Shown here: piece by piece, positions 62,697-64,000 of the stretch
Position numbering within the stretch: position 1 is the stretch's first letter
Layout of the letters: every line of letters begins with the position of its first letter
Source: Cetorhinus maximus
Taxonomy: Eukaryota
Length of the DNA stretch: 64,000 nucleotides
Direction: 5' to 3'
NCBI RefSeq assembly: GCF_964194155.1
Contig: NC_135901.1
Location: 36,580,001-36,644,000 of the forward strand
Position numbers and translations under genes: made by a program
The notes under the pieces: model-generated
The model's database searches: none
Told to the model about the DNA's origin: nothing
What the model saw: the letters and a program-made list of their open reading frames with translations, nothing else

Positions 62697-64000
62697 ACAA
62701 TTGGGATTGAATCTAAAATGCTGCCAGCTTCTGTGCTGAGAAAAGTGAAAGGTTATAATTACTGAGTGAAAGTGAACCTTTAAGTATGAATTACAATGAA
62801 CTTGTACAATTGTAAAAGACATCGAAAAGTTTGATTCCCTAAAGCTAAGCTTCAGCCTTGAGGTTATGATCTGGAGCTCACAAGCTGTGGGAAGCTCCAC
62901 CCTCTTTAACTCTTTTCAGTCTTGGAAGGTTGAAGCTCCTTTTGCCTGTGAAAGTGAACTTTCTCAGTTCTATTTTTCTTCAGTTTTATTACCGTCATTT
63001 GGAAAGGAAGAAAGAAGAAAATAATAACATTTTGGAAAAGCTGAGAAAAATAACAAGAGACTTGGAAAAATAAAGATTGAAATGGGGTTTGGTTCATCCT
63101 TGCTCTGAAAATGAAGTTATATAAAGTTGACACAAGTGTGCACATTTGAGAATATTTCTTCAGCCCCTTTGCTAACAAGCTGAGAAGTTAACCCTTTCCA
63201 CTGAAGCATGGTGACAATTTAAACAAAAGGCTTTTCTTTATAAACATTTGGCTTCATCCCATTTGTTATTGTTCAGGACAAAGTGCCTGAGAACAGGAGA
63301 TATAGGAGTGATCTACAATCTGATTGCAAGTATCTGTACTTCTGTCTGTGATCTACAAACACCATATTATGTGAGTATTAAATGGGACAATATAGTTCCT
63401 CCAGCGCTCCTGAATGAGATAGAATAGTAATTCATGGAATGATGCATATAGAATAAAATATAGAGAAAATCACACCACCAGTTGGGAATTGGAATAATTC
63501 ACCTGGGTATAGTTCAATGGAATAGTTCAATCTAATGTACATGTACATTCTAGTTAAAGTCAGGAAAGAGTAGATGAGAACAGTAAACAGAGATTTCTCT
63601 TGGTGATGTTTGTGTCCTTGCCTCTGTATTTAAAAGAAACAGAATTTCATAGTCTGGCCACTATCCAAGGCATCAAAACAGTGCAGGGTTAGATCAGCAA
63701 AGATCTTCAGACAGACACCCCATTGATATTTTGATAAGATCACCTGAAAGGCCAAGAGTAGATTGCATAGGTTCGCACATGATATTGGGATACAGCGTGA
63801 GTGTGCAGATGTGATATGTTCCATGTGGTGTAATTAACATGTGGAAATGCATGGTGACCCTGTACTGAAGAACAGGTCCCAGACATGCTCAGCTACTTGA
63901 CAACAGAACAACATGAAGTGATTATTGTGGAAAATTGAATGAGACATTTAAATCATCAAGACATTAACACACACTCCATAGTGAAACTAATTATAAAGCA
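62697..64000 (+). mobile_element. LTR-retroelement/ERV relic copy C: env-like, runs off the window
   Basis: Inverted paralog of about 39690-41010 with the same peptide blocks. Confidence 0.55.

Overview
Eukaryotic, repeat-rich DNA, most likely from a cartilaginous fish (shark). That assignment is inferred from the CR1/L2/RTE/Penelope repeat mix and a 69-bp minisatellite. The window is a birth-and-death cluster of finger-only C2H2 zinc-finger genes with no KRAB, SCAN or BTB domain in the ORFs. Four ORFs are intact (8563-9768 +, 33813-34340 -, 48526-49731 -, 60137-61147 +), four are disabled copies, and there are several fragments. The genes come from a duplicated cassette: CpG promoter with YY1/NRF1 motifs, tandem splice-acceptor modules, one finger exon, then an L2 remnant. 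They sit mostly as head-to-head pairs, with decayed tRNA genes between them. Features missing from the ORF track: (i) a ~11.7-kb palindrome centred on an inverted Penelope-like element; (ii) minimal hammerhead-ribozyme motifs in the Penelope termini; (iii) three decayed copies of an envelope/fusion-glycoprotein-like ORF, two of which show a TM-like end, stop, short purine tract and LTR-like start; (iv) a shared in-frame TAA that cuts off an ancestral N-terminal extension; (v) three paralogs with different finger orders but the same 1206-nt, 14-finger length. Repeat boundaries were read by eye and are approximate.
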